Shown piece after piece: positions 1-8,200 of a stretch of 33,410 nt of DNA (positions are counted from its first letter, which is position 1; every line of letters starts with the position of its first letter). A model generated the notes under the pieces. That model had not been told where the DNA came from and made no database searches. It saw nothing but the letters and a program-made list of their open reading frames with translations. Source of the stretch: a virus (taxonomy: Duplodnaviria; Caudoviricetes); the IMG/VR virus record IMGVR_UViG_3300020045_008688, positions 1 through 33,410 of that record; one strand, 5' to 3'. A program made the translations under genes and the position numbers.

Positions 1-225
1 AACAATGTGAAAGGTCATAGTGATAAGGCGCTGTTGGTTCTTGCCCTGGCCTTGCATCTTATAGTCTACAAATATGGCCGGTAAAGAAAAGTACTCGTAT
101 AGTTCCGGCTCTGTAGGCTGTGAACGGTACACATCAATAAAGAAACCAGCCTCTAACCCAATGCCAGTGAACTTGATTTCATTGCCTGCAAAGCGTTCAT
201 ACAGTTTTAATAATGGTTGTATCAT
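1..225 (-). CDS. Partial phage structural protein (possible tail terminator/Mu gp37-like), runs off the window edge
   Basis: ATG at 225 overlaps the upstream TGA (ATGA); open frame MIQPLLKLYERFAGNEIKFTGIGLEAGFFIDVYRSQPTEPELYEYFSLPAIFVDY...; follows the gpG-like gene. Confidence 0.6.
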   Translation of the reverse strand, partial: MIQPLLKLYERFAGNEIKFTGIGLEAGFFIDVYRSQPTEPELYEYFSLPAIFVDYKMQGQGKNQQRLITMTFHIV

Positions 226-761
226 GATTTTAAAGCTTTTGTAAATTGAATTGTAATGTGGTCAATGATTTGATGTTTCAATGTTTCACTGCTACCAATG
301 AATCTGCGTGACGGTATTTTCGTGTTCATCTTCCGGGAGTGGCTTTTTATTGAATGTGCCTTCACTGTTTCTTTACGTCCCTTTCGTTGTCGTGAAAATT
401 CTTTTTTATTATGTTGTTTTATAGTTACATTAGATGTAATTGTACCGCCATCGTTTTGTATTTGTGCATACGGAACATCAGTACCAATAAGAACGCTGTT
501 TTCATTGGCCGAAATCTTACGGATACTACGCTTTAAACGCCCGGTATTGACAAGTAAAGTTTGGCTTTTCTTTGCTCCACCTTTACGACGCTGTGCGCGG
601 GGCTTCCATGCTTCACTAGATTTGTCGAGCCATGCTTGTGACCGGAAACGCTCCTTAGTGAACTTAACTGCTATTGCTGCTACTTCATTTGGAACTTTCT
701 TGTAAGCATTGCTTAACGCATCTAGTTTGCGAGTGAAATCTAATATGTCTACTTTGCTCAT
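222..761 (-). CDS. Phage virion morphogenesis protein (Mu gpG / tail completion-like)
   Basis: Motifs W.P...R, L..TGRL.RSI, IGTDVPYA.I.N.GG, IP.RRFIG; likely start MSKVD at 761 after an A-rich leader. Confidence 0.85.
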   Translation of the reverse strand: MSKVDILDFTRKLDALSNAYKKVPNEVAAIAVKFTKERFRSQAWLDKSSEAWKPRAQRRKGGAKKSQTLLVNTGRLKRSIRKISANENSVLIGTDVPYAQIQNDGGTITSNVTIKQHNKKEFSRQRKGRKETVKAHSIKSHSRKMNTKIPSRRFIGSSETLKHQIIDHITIQFTKALKS

Positions 762-805
762 AAAAATTAAAATTAATTGACAGAGTTGGAACTCTATCAT
801 CCCGA

Positions 806-2767
806 TTAAGTTGCCATTTCTGCACTGCGAACTACTCGTAAAAACATTTCAGTCATATAGCGTTCCAGTTCTGAAGTATTCATTCCATTGACCGATTGGT
901 GTGTTGGTGTGAAGCCTTTTATAAAGCTGTCGATATTGATTGTAATGTTCTTTGTTTGACTGCCTGAACCTATGCTTTTTGCATCGTTGGCTACTGCGTT
1001 ATTCGTATTTGTTGGTGTTTCACCAGTTACTTTTGCAGTAGCTGTAGCATCGGCTTCAGCAGCTTTCTTTTTCTTTGATTCTACAAGTGATTCATTGTAT
1101 TTGTTACTAAATGCACCCTTTAGTTTTTTGGAACTATCAAAGGCGTTTTTAGCTGCGCTTAAACCAGTAATGTCCATTACACCTTGTTTTGCCGAACTAA
1201 ATGCACCTTTAAAGTCTCCGCTGAATAATGATTTTATTGCATTGGCCATGCTTCCAAGACCTGAAAGTAAGCCTTTGATACGGTCAATAACATAGTCTTT
1301 TAGTATAGTTCCAAAGCCTTTTACAACCTCCCAAGTGCCTTGTACAATGGCTCTAAATTTATCAAATTTGTTGTAAGCTACTACTAAACCACCAATTAAT
1401 GCACCAACTGCTAGCACAATTAAGCCTATCGGATTGGCATTGGCAGCAACATTAAACGCCCATTGTGCAGCTGTGGCTATTCCTGTTTTTATAGCTAAAA
1501 CACCCTGTATTCCTGCACCAAGTAACATACGAGCATTAAGTATTGACCATGCAACTGCAAGCCCGCCAAGAACACCACCTATTATATCGAGGTTTTGAGT
1601 AAGAAATAAAACTCCGTTGCCAATGGCTGTTAGTGCTGGCAAAAATGCTTCACCAATTTTAATGGCTTGTACTTTCAATAGATTTAATGTTTGATTCCAA
1701 GCATCCAAAGGTGTCAATGAATCACCATAAGCTTTGTTTAATGCACCTTGTGAATTGACCGTTGCATCAATTGAAGATTTAAGGTTATCGACATCCTGAA
1801 TCATGGTTGAGAAACCTAATTTTGCAGCATCATCAAGTCCTAACTTGTCAAACTTAAGCATCCGTTGTTTGTCGGTAAGCCCTGACATTTGTTTCTTTAG
1901 GTCGGTAACAATGGCTAAGAATGGACGTGCCTTACCTTTGTCGTCAAAGATTTTCACGCCCATACCTTCAAATTTCTTGACCATATCATCCTTACCAAGT
2001 GCGCGCATGATACCCTCCAGTGCAGTTGTTGATTGTTCGGCACTTAGTTTAGTAGTCAATGAGGCAAATGCACCGGCTGTTTCGTCGAGAGCAAAACCTA
2101 CGCTACGCGCTACCGGTATAATTTTAGGAAGGTAGTGCGCAATGTCTTTGAATTCGGCATTACCCTTATTGAGCGTTGCAAACAATACATCGTAAACGCG
2201 CGTAGCATCCTGACCGGATGACTGCATAGTTGATACAGCTGCTGCTGCAACGGTTTCAATGTCGGTGAATCCTGCTTTAGCTGCACGCAAAGTAGGTTCG
2301 AGCGTGGCCAATGAATCGTTGACGCTCAAACCTGCTGAAATAATACGGTTGAATGCTTCCGGTACTTGTTCCAATGGGGCTACGTTTCGACCTCCTATAT
2401 CAAGAAGTTTATCGGATAATTTACCTATCCCAGTATGTGTTAGACCTGCCGTGACGTTTATTTTTGCTAATTTAGTATGCCAATCATTTGCGTACATTGT
2501 AGCTTTAAACATGCCCGCACCAAAAGCCAACACTACTGCTGTTAGCAGTATGTAAGGATTGGCCAACATTGACAATGCTCCGCTTACACCTGGTATTCTT
2601 TCTTCGATGGCATCAAAGGCTTTGATGTTGTTTATTTTGAAAGCATCTATTCTGCCTTGCATTGCACCGGTGGCTTTTTCTACTTGCTTTTTTGCGCCGT
2701 CAAACCCCGCCTTCAGGTTGTTTTTTAGGTCTATAAGTAGTTGTAATTTTGCTTGTCCGTTTGCCAT
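806..2767 (-). CDS. Tail tape measure protein (TP901-family core)
   Basis: Ala/Gly-rich helical protein with TP901-like core (DVLFATLNKGNAEF), NPIGLIVLAVGAL hydrophobic segment and C-terminal NITINI; start MANGQ at 2767. Confidence 0.9.
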   Translation of the reverse strand: MANGQAKLQLLIDLKNNLKAGFDGAKKQVEKATGAMQGRIDAFKINNIKAFDAIEERIPGVSGALSMLANPYILLTAVVLAFGAGMFKATMYANDWHTKLAKINVTAGLTHTGIGKLSDKLLDIGGRNVAPLEQVPEAFNRIISAGLSVNDSLATLEPTLRAAKAGFTDIETVAAAAVSTMQSSGQDATRVYDVLFATLNKGNAEFKDIAHYLPKIIPVARSVGFALDETAGAFASLTTKLSAEQSTTALEGIMRALGKDDMVKKFEGMGVKIFDDKGKARPFLAIVTDLKKQMSGLTDKQRMLKFDKLGLDDAAKLGFSTMIQDVDNLKSSIDATVNSQGALNKAYGDSLTPLDAWNQTLNLLKVQAIKIGEAFLPALTAIGNGVLFLTQNLDIIGGVLGGLAVAWSILNARMLLGAGIQGVLAIKTGIATAAQWAFNVAANANPIGLIVLAVGALIGGLVVAYNKFDKFRAIVQGTWEVVKGFGTILKDYVIDRIKGLLSGLGSMANAIKSLFSGDFKGAFSSAKQGVMDITGLSAAKNAFDSSKKLKGAFSNKYNESLVESKKKKAAEADATATAKVTGETPTNTNNAVANDAKSIGSGSQTKNITINIDSFIKGFTPTHQSVNGMNTSELERYMTEMFLRVVRSAEMAT

Positions 2768-2881
2768 AATTGTTGTTTTTATTGGGGACATTGGGTACTA
2801 TGGTTACTGTGCTACCAACTGTTATGTTATCACTTTGCTGTTAATTATTTGTAATATAGTACCAAATTAGAAAATGTATTG

Positions 2882-2889
2882 TACTTTTG
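2882..2889 (+). promoter_or_regulatory. Bacteroidota -7 promoter box (TACTTTTG), antisense to the late operon
   Basis: Exact TAnnTTTG directly upstream of two UUCG hairpins; no well-spaced -33 TTTG seen. Confidence 0.5.
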
Positions 2890-2893
2890 TTGT

Positions 2894-2962
2894 GCCATGA
2901 GGTTCGCCTCGAGGCTCCCAAAAGCGGTAATAACTTCGGTTATTGTCGCTTTTGCCTTTTAT
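2894..2962 (+). ncRNA. Putative ~65-nt antisense small RNA with two UUCG-capped hairpins
   Basis: GAGG-UUCG-CCUC (2899-2910) and a 16-bp stem with cUUCGg loop (2919-2954) whose two G-U wobbles pair only on the + strand; U-rich tail. Confidence 0.55.
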
Positions 2963-4253
2963 ATTGCTTTAGTTCAGCATTATTCATTAGCCATATTTCG
3001 TTTTTACTGTCTGGATAATGTGCCAAAACATGACCATTTACAGTGTTATAAGCTTGATTTATGTCAACATCATCAGGCAAATGAATGATTACTTTATCGG
3101 CCTGTTTTATTCCATGTTCAACTGCGTGTTGTATTGATTTTTTACTACCAATCGGGCTTTCAAACTCAACCACATTATTGTTGTATATTACATCACCATT
3201 TTTTAACGGGTATTTTTTTTGATATTCTTTCCCAAAAAACAGTTCACGTGCCTTAATATCGCTTGCTTTCGTTTTAGCATTAACTTCAATTATTGGCAGC
3301 AACTTTAGTTTAGCCTTTTTGTCATGACTCAACAGAGTTTTACACGCATCAACGTTTATACTCAATTCCTTATCACCATGCAATGGGTGTATGTCTATTA
3401 CTATTTTGTTACCTATATTGGTAGTTAGATAGGTATTTTCGGGTGGTAAATAAGCTATTGCTTTGCGTATTTCGGCCTTTGGAATACCTACATAGTACGG
3501 GTGGTTCTTTGGGTATATCAATCCAGTTTGAGCCAAATTTGTACGGAACATTTCGGGTACTATTCCAGCCGGAATGTCCTTTTTATCGCCTGTAGCACCA
3601 ACCGACTGCAATACTTCACACCTACAACCCCAACCGTTTGGCGGGTAGTGCGTGCTCCAAAACGTGTCTTTGATATTGCGAACAATGCCATCCAAAGCAG
3701 CATGACTGGCACGCACTGCGTCATCGCCAACGGTTTGATATTCCAGGAACGGAATGTCTTTTGCATCCTTTGTAAAGTCGACCCAACGCGCTGCGCTTTG
3801 AGATGAAGCAATGGACATGTCGTATTCGGTACGCAACCATGTTTCATTATATTTTGTACATACCTTTTGTGCTTCAGTTTTGAATGCATCAAACTCACGC
3901 AACTTCCCATTCTCATCCTTTAATGCTAGGGTCAAGTCACGCATTTGTTGGTAGTTCTTGGCTGCACTGAAGCTCCACACATCGCGGGTAAGGCGATGTA
4001 GCATTTGAATGTCGGGTGTTGTCCAATCCGTTTTGATATTGTAAGAATCGCTTACTTTGGAAGTCAACAGATTACCAACGAGCTTTAAAATGCCGGTGGT
4101 TGATTTTTTACCAGCATGCAAAGCATTGATAAGTTCATTTACTTCAGTGGTAAGTGAACCAAAATAGTCGGGAGGCAAAACGGTTTCGGCAACCGGATGT
4201 TTTCCACCACAATCCGGGCATGAATACTCATAAAATGGACGGGAAACAACCAT
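2940..4253 (-). CDS. MuF (Mu gpF/SPP1 gp7-like) minor head protein with C-terminal CdiA-like PD-(D/E)xK nuclease-fold extension
   Basis: MuF motifs WLRTEY, YQTVGDDAVRASH, FW..HYPPNGWGCRC; C-terminal KNGD...VEFES...A...G.KQAD.VII. Confidence 0.85.
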   Translation of the reverse strand: MVVSRPFYEYSCPDCGGKHPVAETVLPPDYFGSLTTEVNELINALHAGKKSTTGILKLVGNLLTSKVSDSYNIKTDWTTPDIQMLHRLTRDVWSFSAAKNYQQMRDLTLALKDENGKLREFDAFKTEAQKVCTKYNETWLRTEYDMSIASSQSAARWVDFTKDAKDIPFLEYQTVGDDAVRASHAALDGIVRNIKDTFWSTHYPPNGWGCRCEVLQSVGATGDKKDIPAGIVPEMFRTNLAQTGLIYPKNHPYYVGIPKAEIRKAIAYLPPENTYLTTNIGNKIVIDIHPLHGDKELSINVDACKTLLSHDKKAKLKLLPIIEVNAKTKASDIKARELFFGKEYQKKYPLKNGDVIYNNNVVEFESPIGSKKSIQHAVEHGIKQADKVIIHLPDDVDINQAYNTVNGHVLAHYPDSKNEIWLMNNAELKQYKRQKRQ

Positions 4254-4283
4254 TGCCCCTGGTTGTTTCCTTACTGAAAATTT
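4242..4283 (-). promoter_or_regulatory. -1 programmed ribosomal frameshift signal (portal to MuF)
   Basis: In-frame slippery A_AAT_TTT (4283-4277), 6-nt spacer CAGTAA, 11-bp stem GGAAACAACCA/TGGTTGTTTCC; the -1 frame is open and continuous with MuF. Confidence 0.75.
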
Positions 4284-5470
4284 GATGAAAGTCCTCCTTT
4301 GGGTGTTGCTTCCTTTTTACCAAGTATTGGTAACCGGAATGTTTTCTTTATTTCGGCTTCATCCAACTCATAATACTTAAGTGCATCAGAAGTTATTTTC
4401 CATTGTTCGCTAAGTGATAAGTCTTCGTTTTCGTCGAACTTAAATTCCATTTTCAATGGGTCGAACGGAAAGCCGAACGATTGCAGTACCGGGAACAATT
4501 GGTCGTTGATAACAAAGGTTATCATGCGTTTGTCGGATGCTGAAATTTTATCATCAAGTGTTTCCTGATGAACTTGTGTTTGCGAACGATTTGCGCCTTC
4601 GTCGACCATGGTGGTAGAACCAACGATACATTTAGATACCTGATTGTCGTGGAACTTAGCCGGGTCGAGGTACACCTTTTCGGGATTGCCAGCATTGGCC
4701 AATGCATGCACCTGAATTTCTGACCCTTTGGGAAGTACACCAGTACCGGCTTCGCCCAGGTTCTTGAGTGCGGTGTCGATACGTGGAACATCGGCTTTGT
4801 TGGACGTGGTTGCCGTAATTAATGGCATACCGAAACGTTCGGAAAATTCAGCATTTGATTGCATAAGATTACGCTTCCAAATAACGTTTGGTGCAACTGT
4901 GTTTACCAAACCAAACTTGCTACTGTGCATAATTTCAATGACAGCCGCTTCAGCTTTGTAGTCGATATATTCAGTACCTCCAACCTCTAGGTACACACGG
5001 CTTTTTTGCGGACAAATGTTGCGACGTGGTATTTCAGTGAACTTTGGTGTAACCCCATCACTTGAAAACTGAACAACAGTATATTTGCGAAAAATAGCAT
5101 CTAACGCCACATCAAGGAACTCGTAGAACCATTGTTTGTTTAAGAACTTAGATTGTTCGTCTAATTGTTCACCGCTATCGATGTCAGTGACATAGAACCG
5201 GTGATTGAGCGTGCCTAGTTTGCGCACGTCGATAACAGATGACAGGTGAGAGTCAAGAATTAAATCATCGATTAAATCCTGTGTTAAGTACCAACGTGGG
5301 TCTTCTGGACTTTCTGCAGCTGTAATACCATCGCGCCACTTCTTTATGTTTTTGCGACTACGGTCTTGAAATTCTTGTACCAACTTCATTATTATATCGC
5401 TGCTTGGAGCGGATGTAGTGGTAGCTGCTATAGGCTGTTTTTTGCTCGAGAAAATGTTTTTAAAGTCCAT
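4271..5470 (-). CDS. Portal protein (Mu gp29 / DUF935)
   Basis: D.HL.SV...RK, EFSERFGMP, SK.IVG.T, QVH motifs; lies between gp36 and MuF. Confidence 0.9.
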   Translation of the reverse strand: MDFKNIFSSKKQPIAATTTSAPSSDIIMKLVQEFQDRSRKNIKKWRDGITAAESPEDPRWYLTQDLIDDLILDSHLSSVIDVRKLGTLNHRFYVTDIDSGEQLDEQSKFLNKQWFYEFLDVALDAIFRKYTVVQFSSDGVTPKFTEIPRRNICPQKSRVYLEVGGTEYIDYKAEAAVIEIMHSSKFGLVNTVAPNVIWKRNLMQSNAEFSERFGMPLITATTSNKADVPRIDTALKNLGEAGTGVLPKGSEIQVHALANAGNPEKVYLDPAKFHDNQVSKCIVGSTTMVDEGANRSQTQVHQETLDDKISASDKRMITFVINDQLFPVLQSFGFPFDPLKMEFKFDENEDLSLSEQWKITSDALKYYELDEAEIKKTFRLPILGKKEATPKGGLSSNFQ

Positions 5471-5498
5471 TTAAAGTGGGTTTAAAGAGTTTTATTTA

Positions 5499-5936
5499 TT
5501 ACCATTTATGTGATTCGGGTGCGCGACTGGATAAGCGGAACTCGCTGTAGTCCTCACCAGTAGTGGCGTCGACTAATGCCGGAAGGTCTGCCAATGATAC
5601 GCCATTTCCCACATCTTTGAGCCAATCAATTGCATCCTGATAGCGGTCTTGTCGGTGTTGTGGAACATCCTTTGCGCCTGATTTGCTGTACAAATGATAT
5701 AGCGCAATGTCAATGGTTATTGTAACTATCCACTCATCGCGAGTGTCGGAAGGCGTGAATACCTGGGCGCAATCATACCGTTTTCCAATACGGTTTTTTA
5801 TTTGCGAAATGGCTGTGTTTTCGGCACGGATAAGGCCTGCTGAATTGAACCATTCTGCATCGTTTGAAGTCAGGAGTTTGACAATTTCCTGTTTGATTTG
5901 CATTGCATAATCTTCTTTTTCTGTGAATCGTGCCAT
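5499..5936 (-). CDS. Head-tail adaptor, Mu gp36-like (DUF1320)
   Basis: RYD, DIALYHLY, R.DRYQDAIDWL.DV..G motifs. Confidence 0.88.
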   Translation of the reverse strand: MARFTEKEDYAMQIKQEIVKLLTSNDAEWFNSAGLIRAENTAISQIKNRIGKRYDCAQVFTPSDTRDEWIVTITIDIALYHLYSKSGAKDVPQHRQDRYQDAIDWLKDVGNGVSLADLPALVDATTGEDYSEFRLSSRAPESHKW

Positions 5937-7504
5937 TAGAATCTATTTTGTTTAAATGATGAACGTGATGTTGTGTGAATATCGAATTTTGCCACAAATG
6001 TGATTGCGTTTACTTCTGTGAATGCACCTTGCAATGCATCTAGGAAGTCGAGCGGTATTTTAGCTCCTTTTTCAAATGCTAAGTATGTTTCTTTAGCCAG
6101 TTCAAAATCTGCTGTATCTTTTTCGGCTTCATTCCAAAACGTGTTGCCGCGTTCAAAGAAACCTGATATACCTTCTATACGGTCGAACTTATCACCTTTG
6201 GCACGCTTTGATGAAACTACAGGAATGTAATAACCTCGAATGTCACCTTCCTCGTCAAAGTCATTGATAAATTCTGACATGGCAAATAAACCCTCAATAA
6301 GGTATTGAATTGATTCACGGTTTAGTTTTTTGTCTTCGTAAATATCATACAACCATGCTGCCAGTGAGGCACGGGATGTTTGACGGAAAAAAGCATGCAG
6401 TATATGGAACTGTCGACCGATTTTGCCTAAGAAAACAATTGATTTGTGACAGGCATCGTCTGACCACGAAAGGTCACCATAGGCCACAATTCCATCGTAT
6501 TTATTGTATGGTAATATCTTTGTGTACTGTAGCCATTCTGCTTTGAATACCTTTCCTTCAGAAACATGCGTGTTCATGTACTCGCGCATAAATGAGCGGT
6601 ACGGCAATGAATTGTATTTCTTTTTCCAATATTCAGCTGATGTTTTATCAGGCCATGTAGGCTCAAAAGTGTTGATGTCTTTTACAGCATCCACGCGTAA
6701 ATGAAAATAGTCGGTATTTTCATTTGTTGCTTTGGCTTCTTTTATCTTGAGCAAAAAGAACTCTTTCAGTCGGTTGGTGATTGAGTTTTTATGAAAGTTG
6801 TTGTTGGCATATACAAAGCGTTCCGTTGCATCATCTTCTGCGTCGAAACAACCCATCACGTCCTCATTGATATAGTCGACCGCTTCGGACATCAAATCAT
6901 TGTTTTTGACGTGCTTTTTGTTGTCAACGTCATCTACTGCGATATAGTCGGGACGTTCTGCACCTTCACGCGCTCCACGTGGACTTTGACCAAAACCAAG
7001 CGACATAAAACGAACACCATCGGAGGTCATGAAATCACCATCTGACCAATCGCCCTGTTGGAACTTATTGCCGTAATCGTTTTTCAACCGGTGATTGTAT
7101 TGTAATTGTGCCTGAATAGCTGAAAGTAATGACTTTGCTTTTTTGTCGGTTTCGCCAATTAAAAGCATAAAGTGTAAGTCCTTTTTTGCTAAATACAAGT
7201 ACATTGGAATGCCTAAATCGATGTGTACCGACTTACCAGACGAACGGTAGGCTTCCATCAATGCCTTAATCTTTTTGTTTGTAATTATGGCATTGGCCAG
7301 TTTGCGGTGAAATGGTGCTGACTTCTTTTTTGCATAATTCGGAAAATAATACTCAAACCATTTAATATAGTCTTTTTCGAGTTTGGCAATACGGTCGAGT
7401 TTATCAACATGACTTTCGTTTATATTGATAGATGTAGCCTGACCAATGCGAATGCAGTGCTTATCATAGTCGGCTATTATTTTGTGGTATTTTATTGTAG
7501 ACAT
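5936..7504 (-). CDS. terL: Terminase large subunit
   Basis: Walker A-like YRSSGKS, RG.R....RPDYIAVDD, F.REYMN, nuclease YGDLS and DFLDA. Confidence 0.92.
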   Translation of the reverse strand: MSTIKYHKIIADYDKHCIRIGQATSININESHVDKLDRIAKLEKDYIKWFEYYFPNYAKKKSAPFHRKLANAIITNKKIKALMEAYRSSGKSVHIDLGIPMYLYLAKKDLHFMLLIGETDKKAKSLLSAIQAQLQYNHRLKNDYGNKFQQGDWSDGDFMTSDGVRFMSLGFGQSPRGAREGAERPDYIAVDDVDNKKHVKNNDLMSEAVDYINEDVMGCFDAEDDATERFVYANNNFHKNSITNRLKEFFLLKIKEAKATNENTDYFHLRVDAVKDINTFEPTWPDKTSAEYWKKKYNSLPYRSFMREYMNTHVSEGKVFKAEWLQYTKILPYNKYDGIVAYGDLSWSDDACHKSIVFLGKIGRQFHILHAFFRQTSRASLAAWLYDIYEDKKLNRESIQYLIEGLFAMSEFINDFDEEGDIRGYYIPVVSSKRAKGDKFDRIEGISGFFERGNTFWNEAEKDTADFELAKETYLAFEKGAKIPLDFLDALQGAFTEVNAITFVAKFDIHTTSRSSFKQNRF

Positions 7505-7520
7505 TTGTTTTTGTTTATGT

Positions 7521-7563
7521 ACGCGATATGGATACCGATAGCTATCGGTACGCGAGACCCGAT
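7521..7563 (+). repeat. REP-like element with nested 18-bp perfect palindrome
   Basis: ACGCGATATGGA-[TACCGATAGCTATCGGTA]-CGCGAGACCCGAT; version without the palindrome at 17678-17705. Confidence 0.7.
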
Positions 7564-8045
7564 TATGCTTCTTGGGCTATTTTATCCTGGAGAAACATTT
7601 TATGATACTTGGTAAACTCATAGGCTACTTTTGGGTCTATGGTAGTCATGTAATTGTCGAAGTCGACAAATGCATCCCGGAACACTTCAATGGATAGTTT
7701 CTTATTCATGTAGTCATAGGCTTTCATCACCTTACTCAATGAATCGGCATCTATGCCGGGTTTAGGTTCTCCATTGTCATCAAGTGCCTTTTCGCCCTTT
7801 ACAATCCGCACGGCTTCCTTCAACAATATCTTTTTGAGTTCCATCGGTCCTGATTCAAAAAGCTCCTTGGTATCATCCCAGTTGTACTTGTCGCGCCATG
7901 AGTAAATGGTTTTGATATTGCGGTCGAGTTCCAACGCAATAGCCTGTGGGCTAACTCCTTTTTCTACATAAAGCGATTCAGCATACTTCGTTTCTGCTGG
8001 ACTTACTTCTTTCTTTTTTGGTTTTTTGTCTACCGTTTTAGCCAT
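7563..8045 (-). CDS. Putative terminase small subunit (HTH, DUF1804-like)
   Basis: N-terminal HTH (AESLYV..G.S..AIA.EL....KTIYSW..KYNW) immediately upstream of TerL; likely start MAKTV at 8045. Confidence 0.75.
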   Translation of the reverse strand: MAKTVDKKPKKKEVSPAETKYAESLYVEKGVSPQAIALELDRNIKTIYSWRDKYNWDDTKELFESGPMELKKILLKEAVRIVKGEKALDDNGEPKPGIDADSLSKVMKAYDYMNKKLSIEVFRDAFVDFDNYMTTIDPKVAYEFTKYHKMFLQDKIAQEA

Positions 8046-8066
8046 TGTGTACAATTTATTTATATG

Positions 8067-8200
8067 CAAAAATACGCTTGAATAGGTTGCCGTTTAGTGT
8101 GTGAAATAAAGTGGCTTTATAATTCTTTAAAGTGGCTTTAAAGTTCTATAAAGCCCCTTTATTATTGGTTTTTTAGTGATGAAAAATGACAGTATGTTTG
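8067..8200. promoter_or_regulatory. Divergent late promoters with three TAAAG-N3-CTTTA palindromes at 21-bp period
   Basis: -7 boxes TATTTTTG (minus, 8067-8074) and TATGTTTG (plus, 8193-8200); palindromes at 8107-8119, 8128-8140, 8149-8161. Confidence 0.7.

Noticed and set aside
298-2870. Long + strand ORFs opposite gpG/TMP, and similar shadow ORFs throughout the track
   Set aside because: Antisense or alternate-frame shadows of well-supported genes
2879-3088. + strand 69-aa ORF as MuF immunity protein
   Set aside because: Mostly antisense to MuF, non-ATG start overlapping the promoter box, and no protein-like features
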